A DNA stretch of 64,000 nt, from positions 288,001 through 352,000 of the forward strand of contig CAVPVX010000002.1 in the NCBI GenBank assembly GCA_963709345.1. The letters are read 5' to 3'. The DNA is from an uncultured Actinomycetes bacterium. Its GTDB lineage: Bacteria > Actinomycetota > Thermoleophilia > UBA2241. Every line of letters begins with the position of its first letter. Position 1 is the stretch's first letter. Made by a program: the position numbers and the translations under genes. This document shows, piece by piece, positions 18,897 through 28,609 of the stretch. The notes below the pieces were generated by a model that was given only the letters and a program-made list of their open reading frames with translations, was not told the origin of the DNA and searched no databases.

Positions 18897-20408
18897 TCAC
18901 CCCCCTCCGCCGAGCTCCGCCAGCAGTTCCTCGGCGACGGTGTGGTCGTCGAAGGCGATGCGCCGGTCACCGATGATCTGGCCCTGCTCGTGGCCCTTAC
19001 CGGCGATGACCACGGCGTCGCCCTCCCGGGCCTCCGTCAAAGCAAGCCGGATCGCCCGCCGCCGGTCCGGCTCGAGAACCACCGTGGCGGCGCGCTCCTG
19101 CGGCACGCCGGCGACGATCTCGTCGATGATCGCAAGCGGCTCCTCGCCGCGCGGGTTGTCGGAGGTGATGAAGGAGCCGTCCGCGAGCCGCGAGCCGATC
19201 CCTCCCATGAGCGGCCGCTTGCCGCGGTCGCGATCGCCGCCGCACCCGAAGACGACGAGGACGCGGCCCGGGGTGACGGCGCGAACGGCAAGGAGAGCGT
19301 TTTCGAGCGAGTCCGGTGTGTGCGAGTAGTCGACGATCACGCTGAAGGGCTGACCCGCGCGAACGGCCTCGAAACGGCCGGGGACGCCCTCGGTGGCGCC
19401 GAGTCCTTCGATCACCGCCGCGAGAGGCAGGCCCAGACCGAGCGCGGCGGCGGCGGCGGCCAGTGCGTTGTCGACGTTGAAGCGCGCGGCCAGACGCAGG
19501 TCGAGCCGCTCCTCGACGCCGAGCCGTCGGCACAGCAGCGTGAACGCCGAGCCGTCGGCGCGAAGCTCGAGATCCGTGGCGCGCACGTCGGCCGCCGGCG
19601 CCGTGCCCCGCTGGTCGTCGGCGACCGCGTAGGTCCACAGGTCGTCGCCGTACGCGGGCCGGCAGTCCGCGACGAGACGCCGGCCGAACTCATCGCCGAC
19701 GTTCAGCACAGCGACCGCCGCTCCGTTGCGCTCCTCATCCGGAAGAAAGAGGCGCCGCTTAGCGCCGTAGTAGTCGTCCAGATCCTTATGGAAGTCGAGG
19801 TGGTCGCGCGTGAGGTTGGTGAACACGACCGCGTCGAAGTCGATACCCGCCGACCGCTCCTGGGAGAGCGCGTGCGAGCTGACCTCGAGAGCGCAGGCGC
19901 GGTCGCCGGACGCGACCATCTCCGCGAACATCCGCTGCAGATCGAGAGACTCGGCCGTCGTGAGCTTGACCGCATGCTCGACGCCACCGATGCGGTTCGC
20001 GACGGTGCCGAGAAGGCCGCTGGGAAGACCGGCCGCGGTGAAGACGCCGGCGATGAGGTGCGCCGTCGTCGTCTTGCCGTTGGTGCCGGTGACGCCGGCG
20101 ACCCGCAACTCGCGGGAGGGCTCACCGAACCAGCGCGCGGCCATGAGCGCCATGGCCCGTCGCGCGTTGGGCACGATCGCCTGCGGCAAGGCCACCTCCG
20201 CCTCGCGCTCGCAGACGAGCGCCGCGGCGCCCGCTTCGGCGGCCGCAGCGGCGAACCGGTGACCGTCGTGCCGGAGGCCGGGCATGCAAAAGAAAAGCGT
20301 GCCGTCGGCGACGTCACGCGTGTGGTAGGCGAGGCCCCGGATCTCGGTGGCCGAGTCGCCGCGCACGGTGGCTCCGGCGACCCCCTGCACCAGCTGGCTC
20401 AGCTTCAT
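18897..20408 (-). CDS. murE: UDP-MurNAc-dipeptide--diaminopimelate ligase
   Basis: TGTNGKTTT, EVSSH, DHLDFH, FGCGGDRD, DNPR (meso-DAP-type motif), GKGHE. Confidence 0.97.
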   Translation of the reverse strand: MKLSQLVQGVAGATVRGDSATEIRGLAYHTRDVADGTLFFCMPGLRHDGHRFAAAAAEAGAAALVCEREAEVALPQAIVPNARRAMALMAARWFGEPSRELRVAGVTGTNGKTTTAHLIAGVFTAAGLPSGLLGTVANRIGGVEHAVKLTTAESLDLQRMFAEMVASGDRACALEVSSHALSQERSAGIDFDAVVFTNLTRDHLDFHKDLDDYYGAKRRLFLPDEERNGAAVAVLNVGDEFGRRLVADCRPAYGDDLWTYAVADDQRGTAPAADVRATDLELRADGSAFTLLCRRLGVEERLDLRLAARFNVDNALAAAAAALGLGLPLAAVIEGLGATEGVPGRFEAVRAGQPFSVIVDYSHTPDSLENALLAVRAVTPGRVLVVFGCGGDRDRGKRPLMGGIGSRLADGSFITSDNPRGEEPLAIIDEIVAGVPQERAATVVLEPDRRRAIRLALTEAREGDAVVIAGKGHEQGQIIGDRRIAFDDHTVAEELLAELGGGG

Positions 20409-20487
20409 CGCGGCGGATTCTAACAGACCGGCCACCCCCCTTCACCCGCGCCGGGCACGCCCGGCGGCGGCGTGGCAGCATGACCGC

Positions 20488-22230
20488 TCACGGCGCGATC
20501 TCCAGGTGCTGGAGGGAGAAGCGCATGATCTTCTGTACCGCCGGCGCGGCGGCGTCGCCGCCGTACATGGGCGTGCCGTCGATCGCCACCAGCACGACGA
20601 GACGAGGCCGGTCCGCCGGCGCCATGCCGACGAACGAGGCAACGTAGACACCTTCAGCGTAGCCTCCGCCACCGGGAAGCGACATCTCGGCGGTCCCCGT
20701 CTTGCCGGCCACCTTGTAGCCGGGGATCCTCGCCTTGGCGCCCGTGCCCTTGTCGACGGCGGTGGTCAGCATCGAGCGCACGTCCCGCGCAACACTCGCG
20801 GGTATCACGCGGCGCTTCTCGCGCTCGTCGTACACCGTGGCGCCGACCTGGCCGACGAGCCTCGGCTTGACGGCCACACCGTTGTTGGCGACCGTCGAGA
20901 ACGCCGCCGCCATCTGCAATGGGGTCACGGCGATCCCCTGGCCCATCGGGATGTTCACGATCGACGTCCCGGACCACTGCTCCGCGCGCGGCACGGTCCC
21001 GCCCGCCTCGCCCGGGAACTGCACCCCGGTCGGCGCGCCGAAGCCGAAGGCGTCCATCCACTTGAGCAGCCTCGTCTGGCCCATCTTCCTGCCGATGGTC
21101 ACGGCGCCGACGTTGCTCGACCACTGCAGGATCTGACGCACGGAGTAGGTGGCGGTGCCGCGCGGGTGCGACTCGTTGATGGTGACGTCGTAGAGAGTCA
21201 TCGTCGGAGGCAGGGTGAACGACGTCTCGGGCGTGACGAGCCCGTCGGCGAGCGCTCCCGAGATGGTCACGAGCTTGAAGATCGACCCCGGTTCGTACTG
21301 GTCGGTGACGGCGCGGTTGCGGTCGGCGTCGGGATCCTTGCCGTAGCCGTGGAACCCGTCCTTGGTCACGTTCGCCATGGCGAGGATCTCGCCGCTGCGC
21401 GGGTCCATGACGATCGCCGTCGCCGCCTTCGCGTACGAGCTGCGCACAGCGCGCTCGAGCACGTCCTCGGCGGTGTACTGGATCTCGGCGTCGAGCGTGA
21501 GCCGCACGTCGGCGCCGGCCACGGGCTCCGCTTCGGGGACGGTCTTGAGGGCGCGACCCGCGGGGTCACGGACGATCATCTCGCTGCCGGCGACGCCCGA
21601 AAGCTCCTTGTCGTAGAGCAGTTCCACACCGGCCAGTCCCTGATTGTCCACCCCGGCGAGCCCGAGGACCTGCGCGGCCGTGCCCTTGAGCGGATAGGCG
21701 CGCTCCTCCTCGGCGTACGCACCCACTCCGGGGAGTTCAAGCGCCAGCGCGACCTTCGCCAGATCGGGGTCCACCTTGCGCGCCACATAGGCGAAACCGC
21801 CGTCCTTGACGGCGAGAGCCTTGCGCAGCGCTCTACGATCGCGCCGGCGTTCGATCTGCAGCGCTTCGCACAGGTCGGCGGCCGCGTCCGCCGCGTCCTC
21901 GATCAGGTAAGGCGTGGCGTAGACGGTCTGCTGCGGCGTGCCCACCGCCAGCTCCCGCCCGTTGCGGTCGAGGATCGCGCCTCGATGGGCGGGGAGCTCG
22001 ACGCGCGCGGTCTGCTGTTGCTGGGCGATGCGCGTCAGGTGCTGTGACGAGGAGGCCAGCGCCACGGCCTTGCCGCCGACCAACACGAGAAAGACGATGA
22101 AGACGAAGCGCAGGAGTCTGATACGCCCGTCCAGACCGCCCGCGCCGCCGCCGGTGGCGCGGGCGACTGCGGACAGACCGCCGCCGCGCCGGCGGGCGGG
22201 GCGCCGACGTCCTCTGGCGGACCCGGCCAT
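20488..22230 (-). CDS. ftsI: Division class B penicillin-binding protein
   Basis: RGAILDRNG, EPGSIFK (SxxK), SSN, KTGT. Position in the dcw cluster. Confidence 0.93.
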   Translation of the reverse strand: MAGSARGRRRPARRRGGGLSAVARATGGGAGGLDGRIRLLRFVFIVFLVLVGGKAVALASSSQHLTRIAQQQQTARVELPAHRGAILDRNGRELAVGTPQQTVYATPYLIEDAADAAADLCEALQIERRRDRRALRKALAVKDGGFAYVARKVDPDLAKVALALELPGVGAYAEEERAYPLKGTAAQVLGLAGVDNQGLAGVELLYDKELSGVAGSEMIVRDPAGRALKTVPEAEPVAGADVRLTLDAEIQYTAEDVLERAVRSSYAKAATAIVMDPRSGEILAMANVTKDGFHGYGKDPDADRNRAVTDQYEPGSIFKLVTISGALADGLVTPETSFTLPPTMTLYDVTINESHPRGTATYSVRQILQWSSNVGAVTIGRKMGQTRLLKWMDAFGFGAPTGVQFPGEAGGTVPRAEQWSGTSIVNIPMGQGIAVTPLQMAAAFSTVANNGVAVKPRLVGQVGATVYDEREKRRVIPASVARDVRSMLTTAVDKGTGAKARIPGYKVAGKTGTAEMSLPGGGGYAEGVYVASFVGMAPADRPRLVVLVAIDGTPMYGGDAAAPAVQKIMRFSLQHLEIAP

Positions 22231-22652
22231 CAGCGGCTCGCCGCGACCTCGACGATCTTGCCGGCCTTGCCGGCCTTCAAGTAGATCACGTGCGAGGCGT
22301 CGACGAGGCCCAGTTGATTCTCCGCGACGTGCCGGATGCGGACCGTCGAGGCGAGTCGAGCCAGGTCCTCCTGGAGTTGGGCGTTCTCGGCGGTCACGCG
22401 GCGCTCCCCGCGCACCACAGCGTCCGTCTGCAGGCTCTTCTGCACGACGGCGAAGCTCAGGGCGACGCGTCCCACCGCGAGGATCGTCAGGGACGCGACG
22501 AAGATGATGAAGACGCGCGTGAGCCGCGAGCGTTGCGCCGCGCGGCGGCGCGTGGCCGGTGCCCGGTAGGCGGCCGGGCGCACGGGTTCGTGCCCGCGCC
22601 CGGGATCACGGCTCGGAGCCACCTGTCGAGCCTGCTGGGCGGCGGCCGCCAT
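22230..22652 (-). CDS. ftsL: Cell division protein FtsL-like
   Basis: TM helix plus coiled coil (ENAQLQEDLARL...AENQLGL), between rsmH and ftsI. Confidence 0.75.
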   Translation of the reverse strand: MAAAAQQARQVAPSRDPGRGHEPVRPAAYRAPATRRRAAQRSRLTRVFIIFVASLTILAVGRVALSFAVVQKSLQTDAVVRGERRVTAENAQLQEDLARLASTVRIRHVAENQLGLVDASHVIYLKAGKAGKIVEVAASR

Positions 22653-22713
22653 GATCACACCGCCTTGCACGGGGCCGTCGCGGGCCGCGCATCGCTGACC
22701 GGGACCCGGCGCA

Positions 22714-23646
22714 TCAGTCCTCGAGTCTCACCGCGACACGCAACTTCGCCGACGTACTCCGTGGGTTGGCCTCGGTCTCCGCGGACCGCGGCGTCACGGG
22801 CTTGCGCGTCAGGACGCGCAGCGTGGGCTCGTGACCGCAGACGCACATCGGAAGGCCCGGCGGGCAGATGCACCCGGCGGCGTGACCCTTGAAGAAATCC
22901 TTCACCATGCGATCTTCGAGCGAGTGGAAGCTCATCGCCGCCAGACGACCGCCCGGACGCAACACGCGATACGCCTCCTCCAGGCCCCGGGCCAGCGAGC
23001 CGAGCTCGTCGTTCACGACGATGCGGAGAGCCTGGAAGACCCGGCGCGCGGGGTTGCCGGCGCCGAAGCGAGCCGGCGTCGGGATCGTGCCCTTGACGAT
23101 CTCGACCAGCTCACTGGTGGAGGTGAACGCCTGCTTCTTGCGCGCCCGCACGATTCCGCGTGCGATGTTGCGCGCGTAGCGCTCCTCCCCGTATCGCCTG
23201 AAGACGCCGGTGAGCTCGACCTCGGGCAGCGTGTTGACCAGATCGGCGGCCGTGACCTCCAGTTCGGGGTCCATGCGCATGTCGAGCGGCGCGTCATAGG
23301 CGTAGCTGAACCCACGCTCGCGTCGGTCGAGCTGCATCGAGGACACGCCGAGATCCATGTAGACGATGTCGGCGGACGCCGACTCGCGCGCCGCGAGCAC
23401 GTCGGCGAAGTTGCCGTGGTAGAGCTCGCAGGCGCAGGGGGCGGCGAGAGAGACGTCGCGGAAGTACTCGGCGACGCTCGGGTCGCGATCGACGGCGATC
23501 AGCCGGCCTCTGGCGCCGAGCGCCGCGGCGACCGCCTCGGCATGCCCGCCGGCTCCGAAGGTGCAGTCGATGGCGACCTCGCCCTTCGCCGGTCGCAGCA
23601 GCTCGAGCAGTTCGTCGAGAAGCACCGGGGTGTGGGCGAGGGCCAT
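22714..23646 (-). CDS. rsmH: 16S rRNA m4C1402 methyltransferase
   Basis: HTPVLL, DCTFGAGGH, DLGVSSMQLD, PLDMRMD, FHSLEDR, NPRSTSAKLR. Confidence 0.98.
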   Translation of the reverse strand: MALAHTPVLLDELLELLRPAKGEVAIDCTFGAGGHAEAVAAALGARGRLIAVDRDPSVAEYFRDVSLAAPCACELYHGNFADVLAARESASADIVYMDLGVSSMQLDRRERGFSYAYDAPLDMRMDPELEVTAADLVNTLPEVELTGVFRRYGEERYARNIARGIVRARKKQAFTSTSELVEIVKGTIPTPARFGAGNPARRVFQALRIVVNDELGSLARGLEEAYRVLRPGGRLAAMSFHSLEDRMVKDFFKGHAAGCICPPGLPMCVCGHEPTLRVLTRKPVTPRSAETEANPRSTSAKLRVAVRLED

Positions 23647-23647
23647 C

Positions 23648-24097
23648 TCATACTCGCTGAGTTGCATCATCATCTGCGGTAGCATCGGCCTCCTCCTCAA
23701 GGTGGGCCAACTGGTCTGTCCAGGCTGCGCGGTCCCAGATCTCCAGGTGATCGGCGACCCCGATGACCGTCACGTCCCTGGTGATACGGGCGTAGTCGAG
23801 ATGCTTGACGGGAAGCGTGACCCGCCCCTGCCGGTCGAGCTCGGGGAAGAACACCGCGGTCGCGGCCAGCCGCCGCTTGACGTTGCGGCGCGCCGCCGTG
23901 CCGGCGGTGGTGACCTCCACGTCCTCTTCCAGACGACGCTGGAACTCGTCGGGGCTGTACCCGCCGAGGCAGCGTTCGTTCTCCTGCGTGACATAGACAC
24001 CGTCGGCGAAGGCGGAGCGAAGCCGTGCGGGGATGGCGACGCGGTTCTTCGCATCGAGCGTGAAATCGAACTCCCCCACAAGGATCGGCCGCTGCAT
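23648..24097 (-). CDS. mraZ: dcw cluster repressor MraZ
   Basis: LDAKNRVAIP and LDRQGRVTLP SpoVT-AbrB repeats, GVADHLEIWD. Confidence 0.96.
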   Translation of the reverse strand: MQRPILVGEFDFTLDAKNRVAIPARLRSAFADGVYVTQENERCLGGYSPDEFQRRLEEDVEVTTAGTAARRNVKRRLAATAVFFPELDRQGRVTLPVKHLDYARITRDVTVIGVADHLEIWDRAAWTDQLAHLEEEADATADDDATQRV

Positions 24098-24100
24098 GGT

Positions 24101-24157
24101 CGCCACTGTACCCCACTTCTCCCCATTACACAATACTTCTGGGCCATTATGCCCCAC
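24101..24157 (-). promoter_or_regulatory. MraZ-binding direct repeats
   Basis: Minus strand GTGGGG, ATGGCC, GTATTG, ATGGGG, GTGGGG, GTGGCG at about 10-nt period immediately upstream of mraZ. Confidence 0.75.
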
Positions 24158-24455
24158 TCACCTGCATCCGACACCCACCGGAACGTCCCCCGGGGGGCGT
24201 GGGGAGAGACGGCATCGGGAGGGGCGTGAGCCGATGGCACGAGGAGCGGCGTAGCGAGAGGCGAGGGCCACGGCGCACGGAGCGGCGCCGGAGAGACCGC
24301 GCCGGACGGCGCGTGCGGAGACATCCGAGGAGGCGAAAGCGGCTGAGGATGCCCCCGGCGGTGTCGCCGCGCCGGACGGCGCGCGGAGCCGCCGTGGCGC
24401 AGGAACGGCGGTGGACGCGGGGGGCTCGAGCGAGCCGGGGCGACGCCGCAGCGCG

Positions 24456-25070
24456 CTACTGCGTCGGCACCAGGATCTTGTCGCCGACCACGAGCGTGCT
24501 CGCGGCGAGGTCGGGGTTGAGCTCCTCGAGCTTGTTCACCGAGGTGTCAAAGCGCTCGGCGATGCTGGTGAGCGAGTCGCCGCTCTTGACCGTGTACTTC
24601 TTGGTGACGGCCTTGGCAGAGCCGCCCTTGGTCTGCGTCGCCGAGGGCGTGGGCGTGGGGTCTGCGCCGCCGATGACGCCCGACTGAGCGGCGATGCCGA
24701 TGAAGGCGATGACGGCGATGAGGAACACGACGGGGGCGGCGATTCGCGCCACGATGCGCGCCGGTGCAGGCGCCGCGGCAGGGCGCGGCCGGGCACGCGG
24801 AGCCTTGACCGCCGAGCCCACCGGCCGCGGGGACTCCGACCCCGCCGGCGCGGCCGGCGCGGCCGCGCGCCGCGGCGGTGCCTGGCCGGCCCCGCCCGCG
24901 GGCGCTCCCATCGACTCGAGGCGTTGGAGCGCCGCGTCGGGATCAGCGTCGCCCGGCGAGGCGGCGGGGCCGGGTTGTGCGGCCTGCTGCTGCCGGGATC
25001 GCGACTGCTTCGCGTCGGCGCTCGTGGATCGGCGCCGGCGTGGTCGCTTCTGGGGGGCGTCGTCCGTCAT
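24456..25070 (-). CDS. Membrane protein with C-terminal LysM domain
   Basis: Pro/Ala-rich N-terminus, TM helix, YTVKSGDSLTSIAERF...LEELNP...LVVGDKILVP. Confidence 0.88.
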   Translation of the reverse strand: MTDDAPQKRPRRRRSTSADAKQSRSRQQQAAQPGPAASPGDADPDAALQRLESMGAPAGGAGQAPPRRAAAPAAPAGSESPRPVGSAVKAPRARPRPAAAPAPARIVARIAAPVVFLIAVIAFIGIAAQSGVIGGADPTPTPSATQTKGGSAKAVTKKYTVKSGDSLTSIAERFDTSVNKLEELNPDLAASTLVVGDKILVPTQ

Positions 25071-25981
25071 AGTCCGTCCCGAAGATCGCTGCGCATAGAT
25101 TCGGCGGCCGCGGCCGCAGCCCTTTGGTGGTCGCCGCCGCCGCCCTGCCACGCGTAGATGATCGAGCGTGAAGCGTTGACGACGTAGCCCGCCGCGTCGC
25201 CGGCGGCGATGCCCGCGAGCGCGTCCGCGCCGGCGCCCTGAGCGCCGTAGCCGGGCACCAGGAGGAACGCGCTCGGCAGCGCCTCGCGCACCAGCCGCAG
25301 CGACCCCGGCGCCGTCGCGCCCACGACGGCGCCTACATCACTGTACCCCTGTTCACCGACGTGCCCCGCGCCGAGCCGCGCCACGAGGTCGGCGACACGC
25401 AGGTAGAGCGGCCTCCCGCCGACCTCGACCTCCTGGAGCAGGCCGGCGCCGGGATTGCTCGTGCGCGTGAGGATGAAGACGCCGCGGCCGGCGGCGCAGT
25501 GTTCCACCAGCGGTTCCAGCGAGTCCTCGCCGAGATACGGGCTGGCGGTCACAGCGTCGGCGGCGAGACCGGCGACGGGCGCCGTGAATCCGGGGGCGCC
25601 GCCGAAGGCGGCGCGCCCGTAGGCGGCGCCCGTGGAGGCGATGTCCCCGCGCTTCACGTCGAGGATCACCGGCAGGTCATGCTCGCGCGCGCAGCCGATG
25701 ACGGCGGCGAGCGCCCGCCAGCCGGCGGCGCCGTACTGCTCGAAGAAGGCCGCCTGCGGCTTGACGCAGGCGGCGACGCCGGCGACGGCGTCGATCACGT
25801 CGCGACAGAACCTCTCGAAGCAGGCGGCCACAGCCGCGTCGTCGCCGAGCTCGGCCGCCTGTGGCCGGTACGCGTCGACCAGCGCGGGCGGCATGCGCTC
25901 GAGGACGGGATCGAGGCCGACGCAGACGACACTGCTGCGCGCGCGTACGGACGCTGCCAATCTGTCTGAGAAGTGGTGCAC
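25067..25981 (-). CDS. pyrF: Orotidine-5'-phosphate decarboxylase
   Basis: CVGLDP, KPQAAFFE, DVKRGDIAST, RTSNPG, LVPGYGAQG, NASR. Confidence 0.96.
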   Translation of the reverse strand: MHHFSDRLAASVRARSSVVCVGLDPVLERMPPALVDAYRPQAAELGDDAAVAACFERFCRDVIDAVAGVAACVKPQAAFFEQYGAAGWRALAAVIGCAREHDLPVILDVKRGDIASTGAAYGRAAFGGAPGFTAPVAGLAADAVTASPYLGEDSLEPLVEHCAAGRGVFILTRTSNPGAGLLQEVEVGGRPLYLRVADLVARLGAGHVGEQGYSDVGAVVGATAPGSLRLVREALPSAFLLVPGYGAQGAGADALAGIAAGDAAGYVVNASRSIIYAWQGGGGDHQRAAAAAAESMRSDLRDGL

Positions 25982-26109
25982 GTGATGCCCCCTGGAATCG
26001 AGCGTCCATGGTACCCGAAGGGGCGCCACGGGAACAGCTCCGAGCCCGGAGGAGGCGGCGCCTGCCCCAGCGAAGAGCAAGCGCGCGTAGCGCGCGCCGC
26101 CCGATCCCC

Positions 26110-26784
26110 TCAGCCCGGCGCTCCCGCGACCGTGCCGGGCGGCGCCGGGGCGCCTTCGCCGCGGGCGCCCGCGCCGCCCGCGCTCTCCGTCTGCTGCCGG
26201 GCCTGGAACTGGCGCACGTTGCGGCGGATGGTGGCGATCTTGGCGCGCACGTAGTCGGTGGCCTCGTCGTCGTGGCGCGCGCCGTCACCGGCGGCCTCCG
26301 ATTCCGCCTGCATCTCGCGAAGGACCCCCATGAGCTGCGCGTCGTCCATGCGCGACAGGCTGTCGAGATCCCACTTCATGGCCTTGCTGGAGCTCCCGTG
26401 CACCGCGTCCAGCTTGGCGCGCACGACGGGGTTGAAGACCGCTCCCGGATCGACCTTGGCGGTGATCGCGTCGACGTCGCTGATCATGTCGTCGATGCTG
26501 GCCCCCGGTTTCGGGATGATCGTGATGCGGCCGTCGGGATCCTCCACCACGCGGTCGATCGACAGGTAGGCTTTCAGGAAGCCCTCCGTGAACGCCACCG
26601 GTACGGTCACCGCATAGGCGATCACCTGCAGGACCTCGGCGGCGAACTGCGTGAACGTCCCCGTGTGGAGATAACTGTCCTCGATGAGCCCGAGGAGCAT
26701 GGACTTGAGGTACGGATCGGCGCGACCGTCACTAGGCCTGCCGCCCGGACGCGGCGTATTCCGCTTGTCGACTGGGTCGCCCAT
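26110..26784 (-). CDS. Hypothetical protein
   Basis: 224-aa ORF from ATG after GGAGAGAG, protein-like composition, no recognised motif. Confidence 0.65.
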   Translation of the reverse strand: MGDPVDKRNTPRPGGRPSDGRADPYLKSMLLGLIEDSYLHTGTFTQFAAEVLQVIAYAVTVPVAFTEGFLKAYLSIDRVVEDPDGRITIIPKPGASIDDMISDVDAITAKVDPGAVFNPVVRAKLDAVHGSSSKAMKWDLDSLSRMDDAQLMGVLREMQAESEAAGDGARHDDEATDYVRAKIATIRRNVRQFQARQQTESAGGAGARGEGAPAPPGTVAGAPG

Positions 26785-26895
26785 CTCTCTCCACCCCGTA
26801 TCGGCAGGCGGCGACGGAACTTGATGGACGCCGGACCGCCCGTTGGCGAGCCCGCGCGCATCCGGTACGCTGAAGGCCACCGACCGGGGGGACAC

Positions 26896-27735
26896 GTGGA
26901 CGCGGAGCAGCTCATCATCGACGGTAGCGGCGCTCTCGACGCCTTCGTGCGCGCCGCGGCCGCGGCGCCGGAGGCGGCGGCGCTCTTCTGCGACATCGAC
27001 GGGACCATCTCGCCGATCGCGCCGCGCCCCGCGGAAGCGAAGGTGCCGGAGCGCTTCCGCGATCTGCTGGCGACGCTCGTCGAACGGCTGGGCCTCGTCG
27101 CCTTCGTGAGCGGCCGGGCACAGGACGACGCACGCCGCATGATCCGGATGGACGGGGCCGCCTACGTGGGCAATCACGGCCTCGAGACCACCCGGCCCGA
27201 CGGCACGGTAGAGGTCGAACCGCAGGCGGAGCGGTACGTGACCGGCATCCGTGAGGTCGCGGAAGCCGCCGCCCGCGAACTCGACTGCGAGACGCTCGGC
27301 GTGATCCTCGAGGACAAGCGCACGGTGCTCGCCGTGCACTACCGCCTGGCTCCCGACCACGCCGCCACCCGCCACGAGATCCTCACGCGAGTCGTGGAAC
27401 CGGCGCGCGCCCGCGGCCTCGCCGTCGCCACTGGGCACTTCGCCTTCGAGATCCGGCCGCCGCTGCCGTTCAGCAAGGGGACAGCCGTGAAGCGGTTGCT
27501 GGCCACCGGCGACTACCTGACGGCGCTGTGCTGCGGCGACGACCTCACCGACGTCACCGCGTTCGCGGCGATCCACGACTGGAGTGAGCACGACGCCCGG
27601 CGCCGGGCCTGCGCCGTGGCCGCCGTCACCGGCGAGACGCCGCGACCCGTGCTTGAAGCGGCCGACGTTCGCGTGGACGCGACTGCGGGCATGTACGCGG
27701 CGCTCGCGCAGTTGCGCGCCGCTCTCGGAGACTGA
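26896..27735 (+). CDS. otsB: Trehalose-6-phosphate phosphatase (HAD IIB)
   Basis: DIDGTISPI, VSGR, GNHGLE, EDK...VHYR, EIRP...KG, GDDLTD. Confidence 0.9.
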   Translation: MDAEQLIIDGSGALDAFVRAAAAAPEAAALFCDIDGTISPIAPRPAEAKVPERFRDLLATLVERLGLVAFVSGRAQDDARRMIRMDGAAYVGNHGLETTRPDGTVEVEPQAERYVTGIREVAEAAARELDCETLGVILEDKRTVLAVHYRLAPDHAATRHEILTRVVEPARARGLAVATGHFAFEIRPPLPFSKGTAVKRLLATGDYLTALCCGDDLTDVTAFAAIHDWSEHDARRRACAVAAVTGETPRPVLEAADVRVDATAGMYAALAQLRAALGD

Positions 27736-27741
27736 GCCGCT

Positions 27742-28515
<774 letters not shown>

Positions 28516-28609
28516 GGCTGACCCTCCTCGACCATGGGTGGACTGGCTGGCCTCACTCTATCGCAGGACGGCAGGCGGCGGGCTCCGGCGGAGCGGCCGC
28601 CGCCGGCCC

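Noticed and set aside
24160-24455. Purine-skewed GC-rich spacer with CGCGCCGGACGGCGCG repeated twice
   Set aside because: Low-complexity sequence with no credible ORF or structure.
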